Source of the DNA: an uncultured Candidatus Saccharibacteria bacterium
Lineage (GTDB): Bacteria > Patescibacteriota > Saccharimonadia > Saccharimonadales > JAGQNJ01
Length of the DNA: 64,000 nt
Reading direction: 5' to 3'
Assembly (NCBI GenBank): GCA_964584895.1
Contig: CAZPAW010000003.1
Coordinates: 35,009 to 99,008 of the forward strand
Part shown: piece by piece, positions 45,873 to 56,249 of the stretch
How positions within the stretch are numbered: position 1 is the first letter of the stretch
Layout: every line of letters begins with the position of its first letter
Program-made: the position numbers and the translations under genes
Notes under the pieces: model-generated
Told to the model about the DNA's origin: nothing
Database searches by the model: none
The model's input: only the letters and a program-made list of their open reading frames with translations

Positions 45873-46567
45873 TATTGCCCAAATCTCCTAGTTCGATTGT
45901 AGTATTCTTCGATTGCTTCTATGAGATCATTCTTGTCAAAATCGGGCCATAATTTCTGATTAAACAACAGTTCGGCATAAGCCGCTTTATACAGCATAAA
46001 ACCGCTTAATCTCATCTCACCTGATGTTCTGATAATCAAATCAAGATCTGGAAAATCCTTTGAATACAATAATTGTTCGAAGTCTCTTTTTGTTATTTGT
46101 TGATTATTTTTTAGTTCTATAGATTTATTCACGGCGTCGATAATCTCGTTGTGTCCACCGTAATTAAAACACAATCCTACGGTTGCTAATGTATTATTTT
46201 TTGTTAGATCTTCTGCCTTTTCTATCGCTTGTAGTAATTTTGTGCTTAATTTGTCTTTAGAACCTATAAAAATCACTCTAATATTATCCTTATGGAGTTC
46301 CTTAACATCTTTCGTCGCAATCTTTAGTGCAAGATTCAACAAATAACTGACCTCGCTTTTACTTCTTTCCCAGTTCTCTGTCGAGAATATATATGCAGAT
46401 ATATAATGGATTCCTTGATTAACTGCCTCTCTAATAATCGTTTTTAGATTATCATAACCTCTAGCGTGACCTTGAAAGATTGGCAAGCCCATTGCTTTTG
46501 CCCATCGTCGATTACCGTCCAAAATCAACCCTAGATGATTTAATTGTGCAGTCCGGTCTCCATCCAT
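45872..46567 (-). CDS. uppS: Isoprenyl transferase / undecaprenyl diphosphate synthase
   Basis: HLGLILDGNRRWA, FSTENWERS and IRTSGEMRLSGF. Confidence 0.9.
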   Translation of the reverse strand: MDGDRTAQLNHLGLILDGNRRWAKAMGLPIFQGHARGYDNLKTIIREAVNQGIHYISAYIFSTENWERSKSEVSYLLNLALKIATKDVKELHKDNIRVIFIGSKDKLSTKLLQAIEKAEDLTKNNTLATVGLCFNYGGHNEIIDAVNKSIELKNNQQITKRDFEQLLYSKDFPDLDLIIRTSGEMRLSGFMLYKAAYAELLFNQKLWPDFDKNDLIEAIEEYYNRTRRFGQ

Positions 46568-46607
46568 TGTCTATTCCCCCTAAAATAAATTAATAGTCTA
46601 TATCGAC

Positions 46608-47171
46608 TCAAACTGTCATTATTTCTTGTTCTTTGGTTTTTACTAATGATTCACATAGATTTTTATTTTTTTGCATACTTTCGTCTACTTGTTTCTCAAA
46701 TCTAGTAAATTCATCTTCTCCAATATCTTTATCTTTTTTTGCTTGCTCTGCAGTTTCTCGTGCTTCATGACGGATATTTCTCATCCTAATCATTGCCTCT
46801 TCAGCCTTTGCCCCTAGTTGTTTCACGATTTCTCTTCTTCGTTCTTCATTAAGTGGAGGTATTGGAATTCGAATAATTCTTCCATCATCGGTTGGATTAA
46901 AGCCAAGAGATTGATTATCTCTGATAGATTGGCTAATAGCCTGAATGTTATTTGGATCGAATGGTGATATCTGTAGGAGTTGAGCTTCTGGGGCAGAAAT
47001 CGTTGCTAATTGGTTGAGAGGCATAGCTGTCCCATATGCCTCAACTTTAATGCTGTCGAGCATCGAAGCATTAGCTCTTCCAGTTCTAATTTTTTTAAGC
47101 TCAACCTCTAAATGCTCAAATACTTGTTTGAATTTTTGTTCTGTTTGTGTAATTAAATCGCTAGTATTCAT
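46608..47171 (-). CDS. frr: Ribosome recycling factor
   Basis: 187 aa with LKKIRTGRANASMLDSIKVEAYG and IPIPPLNEERRRE. Confidence 0.9.
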   Translation of the reverse strand: MNTSDLITQTEQKFKQVFEHLEVELKKIRTGRANASMLDSIKVEAYGTAMPLNQLATISAPEAQLLQISPFDPNNIQAISQSIRDNQSLGFNPTDDGRIIRIPIPPLNEERRREIVKQLGAKAEEAMIRMRNIRHEARETAEQAKKDKDIGEDEFTRFEKQVDESMQKNKNLCESLVKTKEQEIMTV

Positions 47172-47210
47172 AATTGTATCTCCACAACTATTGTAATGTA
47201 ATTTTTCGTT

Positions 47211-47801
47211 TTACGATACTTCACCTAGTTGCATACGAGAAAATCGTCGCACTACGAGATTTTCTCCAAGTTTTGCGCCATGTTCCTTAACATACTGATC
47301 GACGGTTATATCAGGGTTCTTTACGAAAGGCTGATTTAGTAGACACTTTTCTGAATAATATTTCTTTACCATACCCTCAGCAATTTTTTCTAACATATCT
47401 TTTGGCTTGCCTTCGGATTCGGCTTTTTCATAAAACTCTTTTTGTTGTTTTTTTGATTCTTCCTCAGGAATATCGTCCATTGACACAAACAAAGGAGAGC
47501 TAGCAGCAACATGCATACAAATATCTTTCACTAGAGTAGTGAATAATTCATTCCTAGCTACAAAATCCGTTTCGCAATTAACTTCTACCAACACACCAAT
47601 TCGATTATCGTGGTTATATGTTCCGATAACACCGGCTCGAGCTTCTCGTTCACCACGTTTTTCAGCTTTCGTAAGACCTTTCTTACGCATTGCTTTAAGT
47701 GCTACTTCGAAATCACCTTTAGCATCTACTAATGCTTTTTTTGCATCTGTAATGCCAACCCCTGTTAATTCTCTAAGTCTCTTGATTTCTTTTATATCCA
47801 T
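47211..47801 (-). CDS. tsf: Elongation factor Ts (short form)
   Basis: UBA-like N-terminus IKRLRELTGVGITDAKKAL and core VEVNCETDFVARN. Confidence 0.9.
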   Translation of the reverse strand: MDIKEIKRLRELTGVGITDAKKALVDAKGDFEVALKAMRKKGLTKAEKRGEREARAGVIGTYNHDNRIGVLVEVNCETDFVARNELFTTLVKDICMHVAASSPLFVSMDDIPEEESKKQQKEFYEKAESEGKPKDMLEKIAEGMVKKYYSEKCLLNQPFVKNPDITVDQYVKEHGAKLGENLVVRRFSRMQLGEVS

Positions 47802-47807
47802 AATAGA

Positions 47808-48545
47808 TTAAGCCTCCTTTGAAGTTGTTGTTTCGTTTTCTGATTGACTTTTTTGTTTAGATTTACCGGAGTTTATTGATTCTATTAAATACTCTGCAAT
47901 TAAATCTAGTGTTTTTTTAGAATCATCATTGCACGGTATCGGCCAGTCTATCGGCGAAGGGTCTACGTTGGTATCGACAATTGCAATAACAGGTATCGAT
48001 AGCTTGATTGCTTCTTTTATAGCATTATCATCATGTAATGCATCGAAAACAAACAAAGCATTTGGTTTTGACGGAAGATCTTTAATACCGCCATACATCC
48101 AATTCATGTGGTCAATTTCCTCTTGTACTCTCTGTAGTTCAAGTTTGTTGTATTTTGAAGCTAATTGTCCCGATTGCATTTTCTCTTCAAGATCTTTTAG
48201 ATACTTGATTCGAGCCTGTATAGTCTTACTGTTTGTTAGCATGCCGCCAACCCATCTATTCACCACATACGGAAGACCAGTTTCAGTCGCAACCTTAATA
48301 ACTCCTTCTTGAGCTTGTTTTTTCGTACCAACAATAAGTATATTCTTGCCCTCTGAGGTTATCTTCTCGACAAAATCTAATGCCATATTAATATTATCTA
48401 CTGTCTGAACTAAATCGATAATATGAATACCACCCCTTTTGCTGTGGATGTACTGTGCCATTTTTGGGTGCCAGCGACTAGTTTTGTGGCCAAAATGAGC
48501 TCCGGCCTCTAACAATTTCTTTATATCTACATCAACTGATGCCAT
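47808..48545 (-). CDS. rpsB: 30S ribosomal protein S2
   Basis: LLEAGAHFGHKTSRWHPKM and VDTNVDP motifs, with an acidic/basic C-terminal tail. Confidence 0.95.
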   Translation of the reverse strand: MASVDVDIKKLLEAGAHFGHKTSRWHPKMAQYIHSKRGGIHIIDLVQTVDNINMALDFVEKITSEGKNILIVGTKKQAQEGVIKVATETGLPYVVNRWVGGMLTNSKTIQARIKYLKDLEEKMQSGQLASKYNKLELQRVQEEIDHMNWMYGGIKDLPSKPNALFVFDALHDDNAIKEAIKLSIPVIAIVDTNVDPSPIDWPIPCNDDSKKTLDLIAEYLIESINSGKSKQKSQSENETTTSKEA

Positions 48546-48692
48546 TTGATATAATCCTTTCTCTTCGGTTGAGTGCTTACCAAACCATTTCTACGCGAAA
48601 GATGATTCAGAGGATTATCCACTCACCTGTTTAATTAATAATAGTACCTATTTTATCACCTTTGTTTATTTTGTCTACGGATTTTTAACTTC

Positions 48693-48721
48693 TTGACGAT
48701 TACCTAACAGATGTGTATAAT
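48693..48721 (+). promoter_or_regulatory. Near-consensus sigma70-type promoter for rpmE
   Basis: TTGACG (48693-48698), 17 nt, then TATAAT (48716-48721) with TGTG immediately upstream (extended -10 like). ATG 48734 is only 12 nt after the -10 and no SD lies in between. Confidence 0.55.
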
Positions 48722-48733
48722 TTGCCTCTGATT

Positions 48734-49099
48734 ATGAAAAAAGATTTACACCCAAAAAATTATCGAACAGTCGTGTTTCAGGACCTTAATAATAACTGGT
48801 CGCTACTCACTAGATCAACTGTAGATAGTGAAGAAACAATCAAATGGGAAGACGGCAACGAGTATCCTCTCGTAAAAGTTCACATCAGTAGTGCTTCTCA
48901 CCCATTTTTCACCGGACAAGAAAAATTAGTCGACGTTGAAGGAAGAGTCGATAAATTTAAAGCCAGAAAAGATGCTGCCGATAAAGCAAAGGCCGAAAAA
49001 CTAGCCAATTTGCAAAAATCTAAGCCAAAGGCAGCTGTTAAAAAAGAATCTTCGCAAAAACTAGAGCATGTCGCTCAAGCGAAATCACCAGATAACTAG
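48734..49099 (+). CDS. rpmE: 50S ribosomal protein L31, type B (Cys-less) with a K/A-rich C-terminal extension
   Basis: [17 protein letters not shown]...[10 protein letters not shown] with no CxxC zinc motif, plus ~45 extra residues ([27 protein letters not shown]...). The start is moved from GTG 48713 to the conserved MKKD ATG. Confidence 0.85.
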   Translation: MKKDLHPKNYRTVVFQDLNNNWSLLTRSTVDSEETIKWEDGNEYPLVKVHISSASHPFFTGQEKLVDVEGRVDKFKARKDAADKAKAEKLANLQKSKPKAAVKKESSQKLEHVAQAKSPDN

Positions 49100-49113
49100 C
49101 AATTCGTATTATT

Positions 49114-49151
49114 AAACAGTTTTAGCCATACGTTAAAACTGTTTTTCTTTT
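49114..49151 (+). terminator. Intrinsic terminator after rpmE
   Basis: Stem AAACAGTTTTA (49114-49124) / TAAAACTGTTT (49134-49144) running into TTTTTCTTTT. Confidence 0.6.
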
Positions 49152-49176
49152 ATACTAATACCTGAAGAGAAAAAAT

Positions 49177-50235
49177 ATGGATGAGAAAAGACAACAACTA
49201 CAATCAGAGTTAACCGAAATACATGAGAGGCTTAAAGACCCAGATATTTATAGATCAAAAGAATACCCAAAATTGGCAAAACGCCAAAATGATATTGAAC
49301 AAGTTCTAGACCTATTTGAGGCCAAGGATAAAATAATTCACCAAATAGATGAGTCTAATAAAATATCTGATAATAACGATCCAGAAATAGCAGATCTAAT
49401 TAACCAAGAAAAAGCCGAGCTAAGTACTAGCTTAGAGTTGGTCAACCAACAGATTCAAGATGCCCTAGTCCCAAAAGACCCGAACGACGCTCGTGACGCA
49501 ATAATAGAAATCAGAAGTGCTGCTGGTGGCGACGAATCAAGCTTATTTGCTGGCGATCTATTTAGGATGTACAGCAAATGGGCCGAAAATCATGGATTTA
49601 AAGTCGAGTTGTTGAGCGAAAGTTCTAACGAAGTAGGTGGATTTAAAGAAGTGATTTTTACTTTAATTGGTCAAGATGCCTACAAATTTCTAAAATTTGA
49701 AGCCGGCGTACACCGAGTACAAAGAGTGCCAGACACTGAAAGCCAAGGACGCATCCACACCAGTACAGTAACGGTTGCCGTACTTCCCGAAGCTGAAGAA
49801 CAAGACATCGAAATCAGCCCACAGGATCTTCGAATTGACACTTATCGTTCCAGTGGCCATGGCGGACAAAGCGTAAATACTACCGATTCAGCTATTAGAA
49901 TTACACATATACCTACAGGTCTCGTTGTTACTTGCCAAGACGAAAAATCGCAGATCAAAAATAAAGATAAAGCCTTGGGTGTGTTGCGCTCTAGACTCCT
50001 CGCACTCCAAATCGAAAAAGAACAAGCCGAGCTCAGCGATAAGAGAAAAGCTCTGATTGGATCTGGTGACCGAAGTGAAAAAATAAGAACATACAACTTT
50101 CCTCAAGACAGAATAACGGACCACCGGATTAACTATACAAGGAGTAATATACCGAATGCTCTAGCAGGCGATATTGACGATATAATTAATGAACTGCAGA
50201 CGTATGAACAAAAACTCCTATCAGATGACTCTTAA
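49177..50235 (+). CDS. prfA: Peptide chain release factor 1
   Basis: [17 protein letters not shown] (PxT region) and GGQ ([23 protein letters not shown]). Confidence 0.95.
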   Translation: MDEKRQQLQSELTEIHERLKDPDIYRSKEYPKLAKRQNDIEQVLDLFEAKDKIIHQIDESNKISDNNDPEIADLINQEKAELSTSLELVNQQIQDALVPKDPNDARDAIIEIRSAAGGDESSLFAGDLFRMYSKWAENHGFKVELLSESSNEVGGFKEVIFTLIGQDAYKFLKFEAGVHRVQRVPDTESQGRIHTSTVTVAVLPEAEEQDIEISPQDLRIDTYRSSGHGGQSVNTTDSAIRITHIPTGLVVTCQDEKSQIKNKDKALGVLRSRLLALQIEKEQAELSDKRKALIGSGDRSEKIRTYNFPQDRITDHRINYTRSNIPNALAGDIDDIINELQTYEQKLLSDDS

Positions 50236-51046
50236 AGACGTTCTAGTTGAAATCGAATCAGAACTAAAAAATAATAATATTCCCTCTGCCCATCTCGACA
50301 GTCAATTATTAACAGCATATGTGCTACATAAATCACGAGCCTGGATTTTGTCCAACAATGACTACAATGTTCCCCGCAATGAACTAAAACTAATTCGAGA
50401 CCTATCTAAACAACGTCAATCAAATGTCCCATTATCATACATCTTAAAAACAAAAGATTTTTATCGACGCAGTTTTTTCTGCGACAAAAGAGTTCTAGTC
50501 CCTCGTCCAGAGAGCGAACAAATAATTACTCTAGCTCTTAAAACTTTGCCAAAATCTAAATTATCTATTATTGATGTAGGTTGTGGATCCGGGATACTTG
50601 GAATCACAGCAAAGCTGGAAAACCCAGACTGGGATGTGACTTTATCAGACATTTCAAAACAAGCCCTAGATGTTGCTAAAATCAACGTCGATTCTTTTAA
50701 ATTATCTAAAACTATAAAAATTACTCATTGTGATTTAATCCCCTTTAATGTAGTTTACGACGTTATTTTTGCAAATCTACCTTATGTACCTGACAGATAT
50801 AAAGACAAACCCGATATTATGCACGAGCCAAAACTTGCACTTTTTGCCGGTATCGATGGGCTTGATTTATACAGACGCCTATTTATATCACTAAAATACT
50901 GTAAAAAAATGCCTTCCTACATTTTTTTAGAATCTCTGCCGAAACAGCATAGACAGATTATCCAAATAGGAAATTCTGTAGGTTACAACTTAGAAAAGAT
51001 AGAAAATTTTATTATTTGTTTAAAAAAAGGCTCTACGCTCACATAG
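50225..51046 (+). CDS. prmC: Release factor glutamine N5-methyltransferase PrmC (HemK)
   Basis: SAM motif [12 protein letters not shown] and catalytic NLPYV (a variant of NPPY). It lies directly after prfA. Start chosen at ATG 50225 (MTLKDVL...). Confidence 0.8.
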   Translation: MTLKDVLVEIESELKNNNIPSAHLDSQLLTAYVLHKSRAWILSNNDYNVPRNELKLIRDLSKQRQSNVPLSYILKTKDFYRRSFFCDKRVLVPRPESEQIITLALKTLPKSKLSIIDVGCGSGILGITAKLENPDWDVTLSDISKQALDVAKINVDSFKLSKTIKITHCDLIPFNVVYDVIFANLPYVPDRYKDKPDIMHEPKLALFAGIDGLDLYRRLFISLKYCKKMPSYIFLESLPKQHRQIIQIGNSVGYNLEKIENFIICLKKGSTLT

Positions 51047-51077
51047 ATTTAATTAAATTAATTAGTAATTTTGATTT

Positions 51078-52253
51078 TTATTCTAATGCCTCCAACTTAG
51101 CATTAGCAATTTTTTCTTGGCCATCTCGGATAAAGGTAATTTTTATATTATCACCAACATTTAACCTACCAATCGCCGATGATAAATTATTGTTTGAATC
51201 AATTTTTTTATCATTTATTGCGATAATTACATCTTTATCTGTCAAGCCTGCATCGTCAGCTGGTGACCCAACTATAATTGCACTACCATTACCATCCCCG
51301 CTAACGTAGGCGCCCTCAGATACCGATAGATTTAACTCCGATGCGATGTCTTGATTAAGTTGAATATACCTTACTCCGAGATAAGGTCGAAGTAATTCAC
51401 CCTTTTCAAGGACACTCTTTATCAGACTATTAACATCATTGATAGGTATCGCAAATCCAATATTCTCAGCTCCGCCACCAGCTACAGCTGTATTCACACC
51501 AATAACCTCACCATTTGAGTTAACTAATGGCCCGCCGGAATTACCTTGGTTTATCGCAGCGTCAGTTTGGAAAAGATTCTGCAAATTCTCTACTTCATTA
51601 TCGCCACCTTCTGCCTGAACGCTTCTTCCATATCCCGATATAATCCCAGACGTAACAGTATTTTGAAATTGTCCAAGAGCATTGCCGATTGCAATAGCCA
51701 TATCACCGACTCTCATTTGATCTGAATCACCTAATTTAACAGGTGTAAGCTTTTTACCCTTTGTATCTTTTATCTTCAAAAATGCAATATCTAGACTGTC
51801 GGTACTGCTAGTTTTTCCGACTACCAAAACATTTTTGTATTCTGTACCATCTGATAAAACTACATTCACTTCAGACGCATTATTTGGTATTACATGTCGA
51901 TTCGTGACAATATACCCACTAGTGCTGATTATGAATCCTGTGCCGGCACTTTGTTGCTCAAATATCTGGTCGGAGCTAAAAACATCATCTGATCGGCCGA
52001 CGCTCGTCACATTAATACTCACTACGCTAGGACCAACCGATTTCGCAATCGAACTAATCAATTGACTCTCGTTAGTAACTGTCTTTTTAGCCTGTTCCGC
52101 TTGTTGATTAAATGAGTTCGGATTACTCGAATAAGATCTAGCTCCAATCCAGCCTCCAAGGAAAGCAACCATTAATACTATTATTAATTTATAAATTTTT
52201 GTCGCAAATTCTTTGCGTTTTCGGATTACATCATCTGAATTTTCTTTAGCCAT
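51078..52253 (-). CDS. HtrA/DegP-family serine protease with a PDZ domain
   Basis: TM anchor; catalytic His (VTNRHV), Asp (DIAFLK) and Ser (GNSGGPLVN); C-terminal PDZ. Confidence 0.85.
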   Translation of the reverse strand: MAKENSDDVIRKRKEFATKIYKLIIVLMVAFLGGWIGARSYSSNPNSFNQQAEQAKKTVTNESQLISSIAKSVGPSVVSINVTSVGRSDDVFSSDQIFEQQSAGTGFIISTSGYIVTNRHVIPNNASEVNVVLSDGTEYKNVLVVGKTSSTDSLDIAFLKIKDTKGKKLTPVKLGDSDQMRVGDMAIAIGNALGQFQNTVTSGIISGYGRSVQAEGGDNEVENLQNLFQTDAAINQGNSGGPLVNSNGEVIGVNTAVAGGGAENIGFAIPINDVNSLIKSVLEKGELLRPYLGVRYIQLNQDIASELNLSVSEGAYVSGDGNGSAIIVGSPADDAGLTDKDVIIAINDKKIDSNNNLSSAIGRLNVGDNIKITFIRDGQEKIANAKLEALE

Positions 52254-52273
52254 AACCCCCCTTTATTTTCCAA

Positions 52274-53023
52274 TTATATTACTTTGTCTGACCATTGAGA
52301 AAACACAATAATTACCACTATAACTGCAACCATTATAAAAGTAATTTGTCTAGATACTAACTTTGTTAATCTTGAATCTTGAGCTAAATAATACATCGTG
52401 CCCATTCCAAAGCCAAGAACAGTGAGAATCAGAGTTGGTTGAGCGACAATTCCATAATAAAGTAGCCAATGACCGAGCACCCAGGCTAACGAACCTGCAA
52501 AATATGCCCAAGTATCACCTAAAAACCGACCATAAGGATCATCAAAACTACTAAAGAAATGCCTAGCAGAAAAATAACATATTACCCAAGTCCCAATAAT
52601 AATTACGTATAATGGCTCCCCGCCCCACTGCATATACAGCGCCATCAGACCAAGCGTCTGCCCAATCAGCGCCTGCGAGCTCATACCAAAAATCGTGTTA
52701 CTGGGTTTAATTAACAATAACCATACCGCGTATGTAGCAGCCCATATCAACTGCCAAACAACAGAACTTGTTTGCGACATAAATATTGCAAAAGATACGC
52801 CAGCAATCATGTCTACTGCGTTGGCTCTTATGTATGCTGGCCAATGTCTCGGTCTTACTGCCAGAACTCGCCATTTACTAATCAAAATCAATAGTATTGC
52901 TAGCTGAAGAAGGTTAATACGAACAAAAGCATAAACCAGCAATGGTAACGCAAGAGTAAACCCTATATGTAATATATTAGAAAATCCACTAGCCGGTCTT
53001 ATCTTCTTAAGTCGTTGTTTCAT
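52274..53023 (-). CDS. Hypothetical polytopic membrane protein (~7 TM)
   Basis: Hydrophobic throughout. ATGA-type 4-nt overlap with the upstream LCP gene. No family recognised. Confidence 0.5.
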   Translation of the reverse strand: MKQRLKKIRPASGFSNILHIGFTLALPLLVYAFVRINLLQLAILLILISKWRVLAVRPRHWPAYIRANAVDMIAGVSFAIFMSQTSSVVWQLIWAATYAVWLLLIKPSNTIFGMSSQALIGQTLGLMALYMQWGGEPLYVIIIGTWVICYFSARHFFSSFDDPYGRFLGDTWAYFAGSLAWVLGHWLLYYGIVAQPTLILTVLGFGMGTMYYLAQDSRLTKLVSRQITFIMVAVIVVIIVFSQWSDKVI

Positions 53024-54654
53024 TCCTTGCCTACAATTATAACAAAATCTGTTTTTTCTTTATCTATACTAACCCCATCAGGAAGATCGTCGGTTGCCTG
53101 TGATTTTGTTCTTAATTCTAGGTATCTTTTTGTATATTTATTTTCACCATTTTTTAGATCCACGAGTATTGTTTTTTGTGAGTCACCAGAAGGAGCATCT
53201 CCTGTATCTACTACTTTATAGCCATATGATTTTAGCATTTTTGCGTATGCATTAGCCTTACCTGATTCATTCGTAGCATTTAATACTGTAATGCGAGCAT
53301 TTTCCTTTTTCAGGAATCCATCCCTTAATTTCGTTCTAATATATTTGTGGATAGCTTCGTAGTTATTTATGCCTTCTTTTGGCACGACAACCGATAAACC
53401 GTTGAGCATGGTCGTCGTCACATATTCATTTGGCGGATCAGCTAAACCAACAGATTGAATTTTGTCAGACTCAACATTTTTTGCAATCTCGTATAGTTTC
53501 AAAATGTCTTCGATACTCAGATTGGTGTGAATATGACTACCAAAAGCATTTAATAAACCTGTGATTTTTATTGGATTACTAAATGTACCCAAACTCAATA
53601 CTTTCTCTTTGAGGGCGATCATAACCTGCTTTTGACGCTCTGTTCTATCGAAGTCCCCTCTAGCGCTACCGTATCGCGACCTAGAGAATAATAATGCTTT
53701 TTTACCGTCAAAATGCTGTTGACCTTTATCTGCGATCAAGGGGTCCCAATTATTTTCCCAAGCCACAGAAGCGTCATACAGAGGTTCTTTAACATCAACG
53801 TCTACTCCGCCAACCGTATCAATTGCTTTTTGAAATGCTTTAAAATCAACCATCGCGAAATAATGAATAGGCATACCAGTCACTTCTTCTGACACTTTCT
53901 CAATAGCCTCAATACCTATTTTTTCGGCTGCTTTTTTTGATTTTCCGGAATTTAATGCCTCTGTCTTAGCTTCAGGATATACAGAATTGATTTTTGTTTG
54001 TCCGTTACCTGGTCGCTGCACATACAAATCTCTAGGTATACTCAATAATCCAACTTCTTTTTGACAGGAATCTACGCTGGCAATCAACAAAGTATCTGTT
54101 AAATCTGGCCCATCGTGACCTGGCCCGCCTTTTCCTAAAAGTAAAATATTTACCCTACCATCGCCTTCTTTTTGTAAAAGCGAAGGATCTACGTCACAAT
54201 TCAATGCTAGCGCACTTGCTCCGCCATCAAAAACTTGTCTAGCACGCCAATATAATAGACCCAAAATAGAAAAACTTACCAACATAAACAAAGCAAGCGC
54301 TCCAAGCGCTATCCTTTTTGTGTAGCCCTTCCATCCATGTGGCTTGCTAAATAATCTATGTTTTTTTACTTTTTTAGGCTTAATATTCATGTCGAGTTCA
54401 CTTTTTGAAATTGGTCTTCTACCAGTTGATGTACCATCTGGGATGCGTTGATTGTTGCCCGGCTTAGCAATATAACTATTCAAGCCATCTTTTTGCTGGA
54501 ATTGCCCCTTAGATCCTGCGTCAGGATGATATGTGTAATTTTTTTTATTGGATAATTGCTGTACCCCGATTAGATTCGTACCCGGGCTTCGTCTGACGAA
54601 TCCATCTGTAGTGTTATTCTTTCGGCCGAATTTAGGACGCTTTTTGTCATTCAT
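53020..54654 (-). CDS. LytR-CpsA-Psr (LCP) family cell-wall glycopolymer transferase with a C-terminal LytR_C domain
   Basis: Disordered basic N-terminus, one TM helix, and an LCP core (VNILLLGKGG...DTLLIASVD...LSIPRDLYV...INSVY). Confidence 0.8.
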   Translation of the reverse strand: MNDKKRPKFGRKNNTTDGFVRRSPGTNLIGVQQLSNKKNYTYHPDAGSKGQFQQKDGLNSYIAKPGNNQRIPDGTSTGRRPISKSELDMNIKPKKVKKHRLFSKPHGWKGYTKRIALGALALFMLVSFSILGLLYWRARQVFDGGASALALNCDVDPSLLQKEGDGRVNILLLGKGGPGHDGPDLTDTLLIASVDSCQKEVGLLSIPRDLYVQRPGNGQTKINSVYPEAKTEALNSGKSKKAAEKIGIEAIEKVSEEVTGMPIHYFAMVDFKAFQKAIDTVGGVDVDVKEPLYDASVAWENNWDPLIADKGQQHFDGKKALLFSRSRYGSARGDFDRTERQKQVMIALKEKVLSLGTFSNPIKITGLLNAFGSHIHTNLSIEDILKLYEIAKNVESDKIQSVGLADPPNEYVTTTMLNGLSVVVPKEGINNYEAIHKYIRTKLRDGFLKKENARITVLNATNESGKANAYAKMLKSYGYKVVDTGDAPSGDSQKTILVDLKNGENKYTKRYLELRTKSQATDDLPDGVSIDKEKTDFVIIVGKE

Positions 54655-54754
54655 AAACGTAGATATTAGTATACCTATTTATGTCGTATTTATGAACTGT
54701 TTTTATTCTGCTTTGCTACTTAATTCATAGCATTCATCTAGCCATTGAAGTATA

Positions 54755-55381
54755 GTGTTACTGATGTACGAAGTAGAACATGAACACACCCCGGAACCAA
54801 CAAAACATCATAAGCCCCGAAAAGAATCCCTAAAAGCGATTCTTAGCACAGTTGGGGTTTTCATACTTGCGCCAATAATTGCGCTTATACTCGTCGCTTT
54901 TGTGTTTCAATCTTACCGGGTCGATGGCGATAGTATGGAGTCAACTTTAAGTAACAACGACAGGTTGATTGTCTCAAAGATAGAAAAAACCTGGTCTCGG
55001 ATCACAAGCAGTGATTATATTCCAGATAGGTATGAAATAGTGGTATTTAAGGAAACGGATTCATTTGGCTTGAAGCAGTATGGCCAAATCCAATTAATAA
55101 AAAGAGTTATTGGTCTTCCGGGAGAAAGAGTGGTGATTAAAAACAACAAGGTAACGGTTTATAACGAAGCTAATCCCAATGGGTTCAATCCTGATGCTAA
55201 TCAAGATTATACCGACAACAACAGCTTAAATACTTCGGGTAATGTAGATATAGTAGTAGGACCGGATGAGGTATTTGCCATGGGAGATAACAGGAATAAC
55301 TCCTTGGATTCTCGCGCTTTTGGGCCTATAAAGAGTAGTAATATTGTCGGAAAGCTTGCGTTCAAAATCTTTCCTCTGTAA
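54755..55381 (+). CDS. lepB: Signal peptidase I
   Basis: SYRVDGDSMESTL (Ser), IKRVIGLPGE (Lys) and GDNRNNSLDSR. The track start is GTG; ATG 54764 is an alternative. Confidence 0.85.
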   Translation: MLLMYEVEHEHTPEPTKHHKPRKESLKAILSTVGVFILAPIIALILVAFVFQSYRVDGDSMESTLSNNDRLIVSKIEKTWSRITSSDYIPDRYEIVVFKETDSFGLKQYGQIQLIKRVIGLPGERVVIKNNKVTVYNEANPNGFNPDANQDYTDNNSLNTSGNVDIVVGPDEVFAMGDNRNNSLDSRAFGPIKSSNIVGKLAFKIFPL

Positions 55382-55382
55382 A

Positions 55383-56243
55383 TTAAATTATTTGACTGAT
55401 AATTCTCGATAAATCATCATCACTAGAAAAATGAATTTCTAGCCTACCACCTCTTGCAGTACGCTTAATTGTTACAGGCGTTTTTAATTTTGTACTCACT
55501 TTTTTTGTTTCTATTGTCTCAATCGCCATTTTTTGTTTGTGTTTTTCAGAAGTTTTATTGCCAACTTTTATGCTGTTGACAAATTGCTCGGCCTGTCTAA
55601 CTGACCACCCATAATCGATAATATTCTGGAGTAGTTTCTCTTGTTGATCTGGTTGATCTTTAAGTGCAAGAATGGCTCTTGCGTGGCCCTCGCTAATTTT
55701 ATTGCTTTCCAGCGCATCTTTTGCGTCTGCCGGCAATTGAATCAGTCTAACAATGTTGTTGACTGTGGTTGGCGCTTTCCCTAGGCGTTCTGCGATTTCA
55801 GAGTAACTCATACTAAATTGTCCGTGTAATTTATGGATTGATCTAGCCTGCTCTAATGGCGACAGATCTACCCTTTGGACGTTTTCTATAATGGCTATTT
55901 CAAGTTGTTCTAGCTCTTCTAGAGACCGTTCGATTACTGGTATTTTTTTTAAGCCTGCAATTTTTGATGCACGCCATCGTCTCTCGCCAGCGATAATTCT
56001 ATACTTATCGGCCTCTTTTGTAACCACTAATGGCTGCAGAATACCGTATTGCTTTATAGATGAAGCAAGCTCCTCCAAAGCCGACTGATCAAACTGCCTT
56101 CGAGGTTGATCTGATTTTGGAACAATCTTAGAAACGTCTATCTTCTGAATTCTCTCAGATCCATCAACGATTGAACTGTCAAAATCGATAGGAATCAGTG
56201 AATCAAATCCCTTCCCTAATCTAGATTTTGTCCTTGTAGCCAT
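55383..56243 (-). CDS. parB: Chromosome partitioning protein ParB (Spo0J)
   Basis: GILQPLVV, the GERRWRA box and an HTH (YSEIAERLGKAPTTVNNIVRL). Confidence 0.9.
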   Translation of the reverse strand: MATRTKSRLGKGFDSLIPIDFDSSIVDGSERIQKIDVSKIVPKSDQPRRQFDQSALEELASSIKQYGILQPLVVTKEADKYRIIAGERRWRASKIAGLKKIPVIERSLEELEQLEIAIIENVQRVDLSPLEQARSIHKLHGQFSMSYSEIAERLGKAPTTVNNIVRLIQLPADAKDALESNKISEGHARAILALKDQPDQQEKLLQNIIDYGWSVRQAEQFVNSIKVGNKTSEKHKQKMAIETIETKKVSTKLKTPVTIKRTARGGRLEIHFSSDDDLSRIISQII

Positions 56244-56249
56244 AAAAAA

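Noticed and set aside
47929-48312. 127-aa plus-strand ORF inside rpsB
   Set aside because: It is a shadow ORF opposite ribosomal protein S2.
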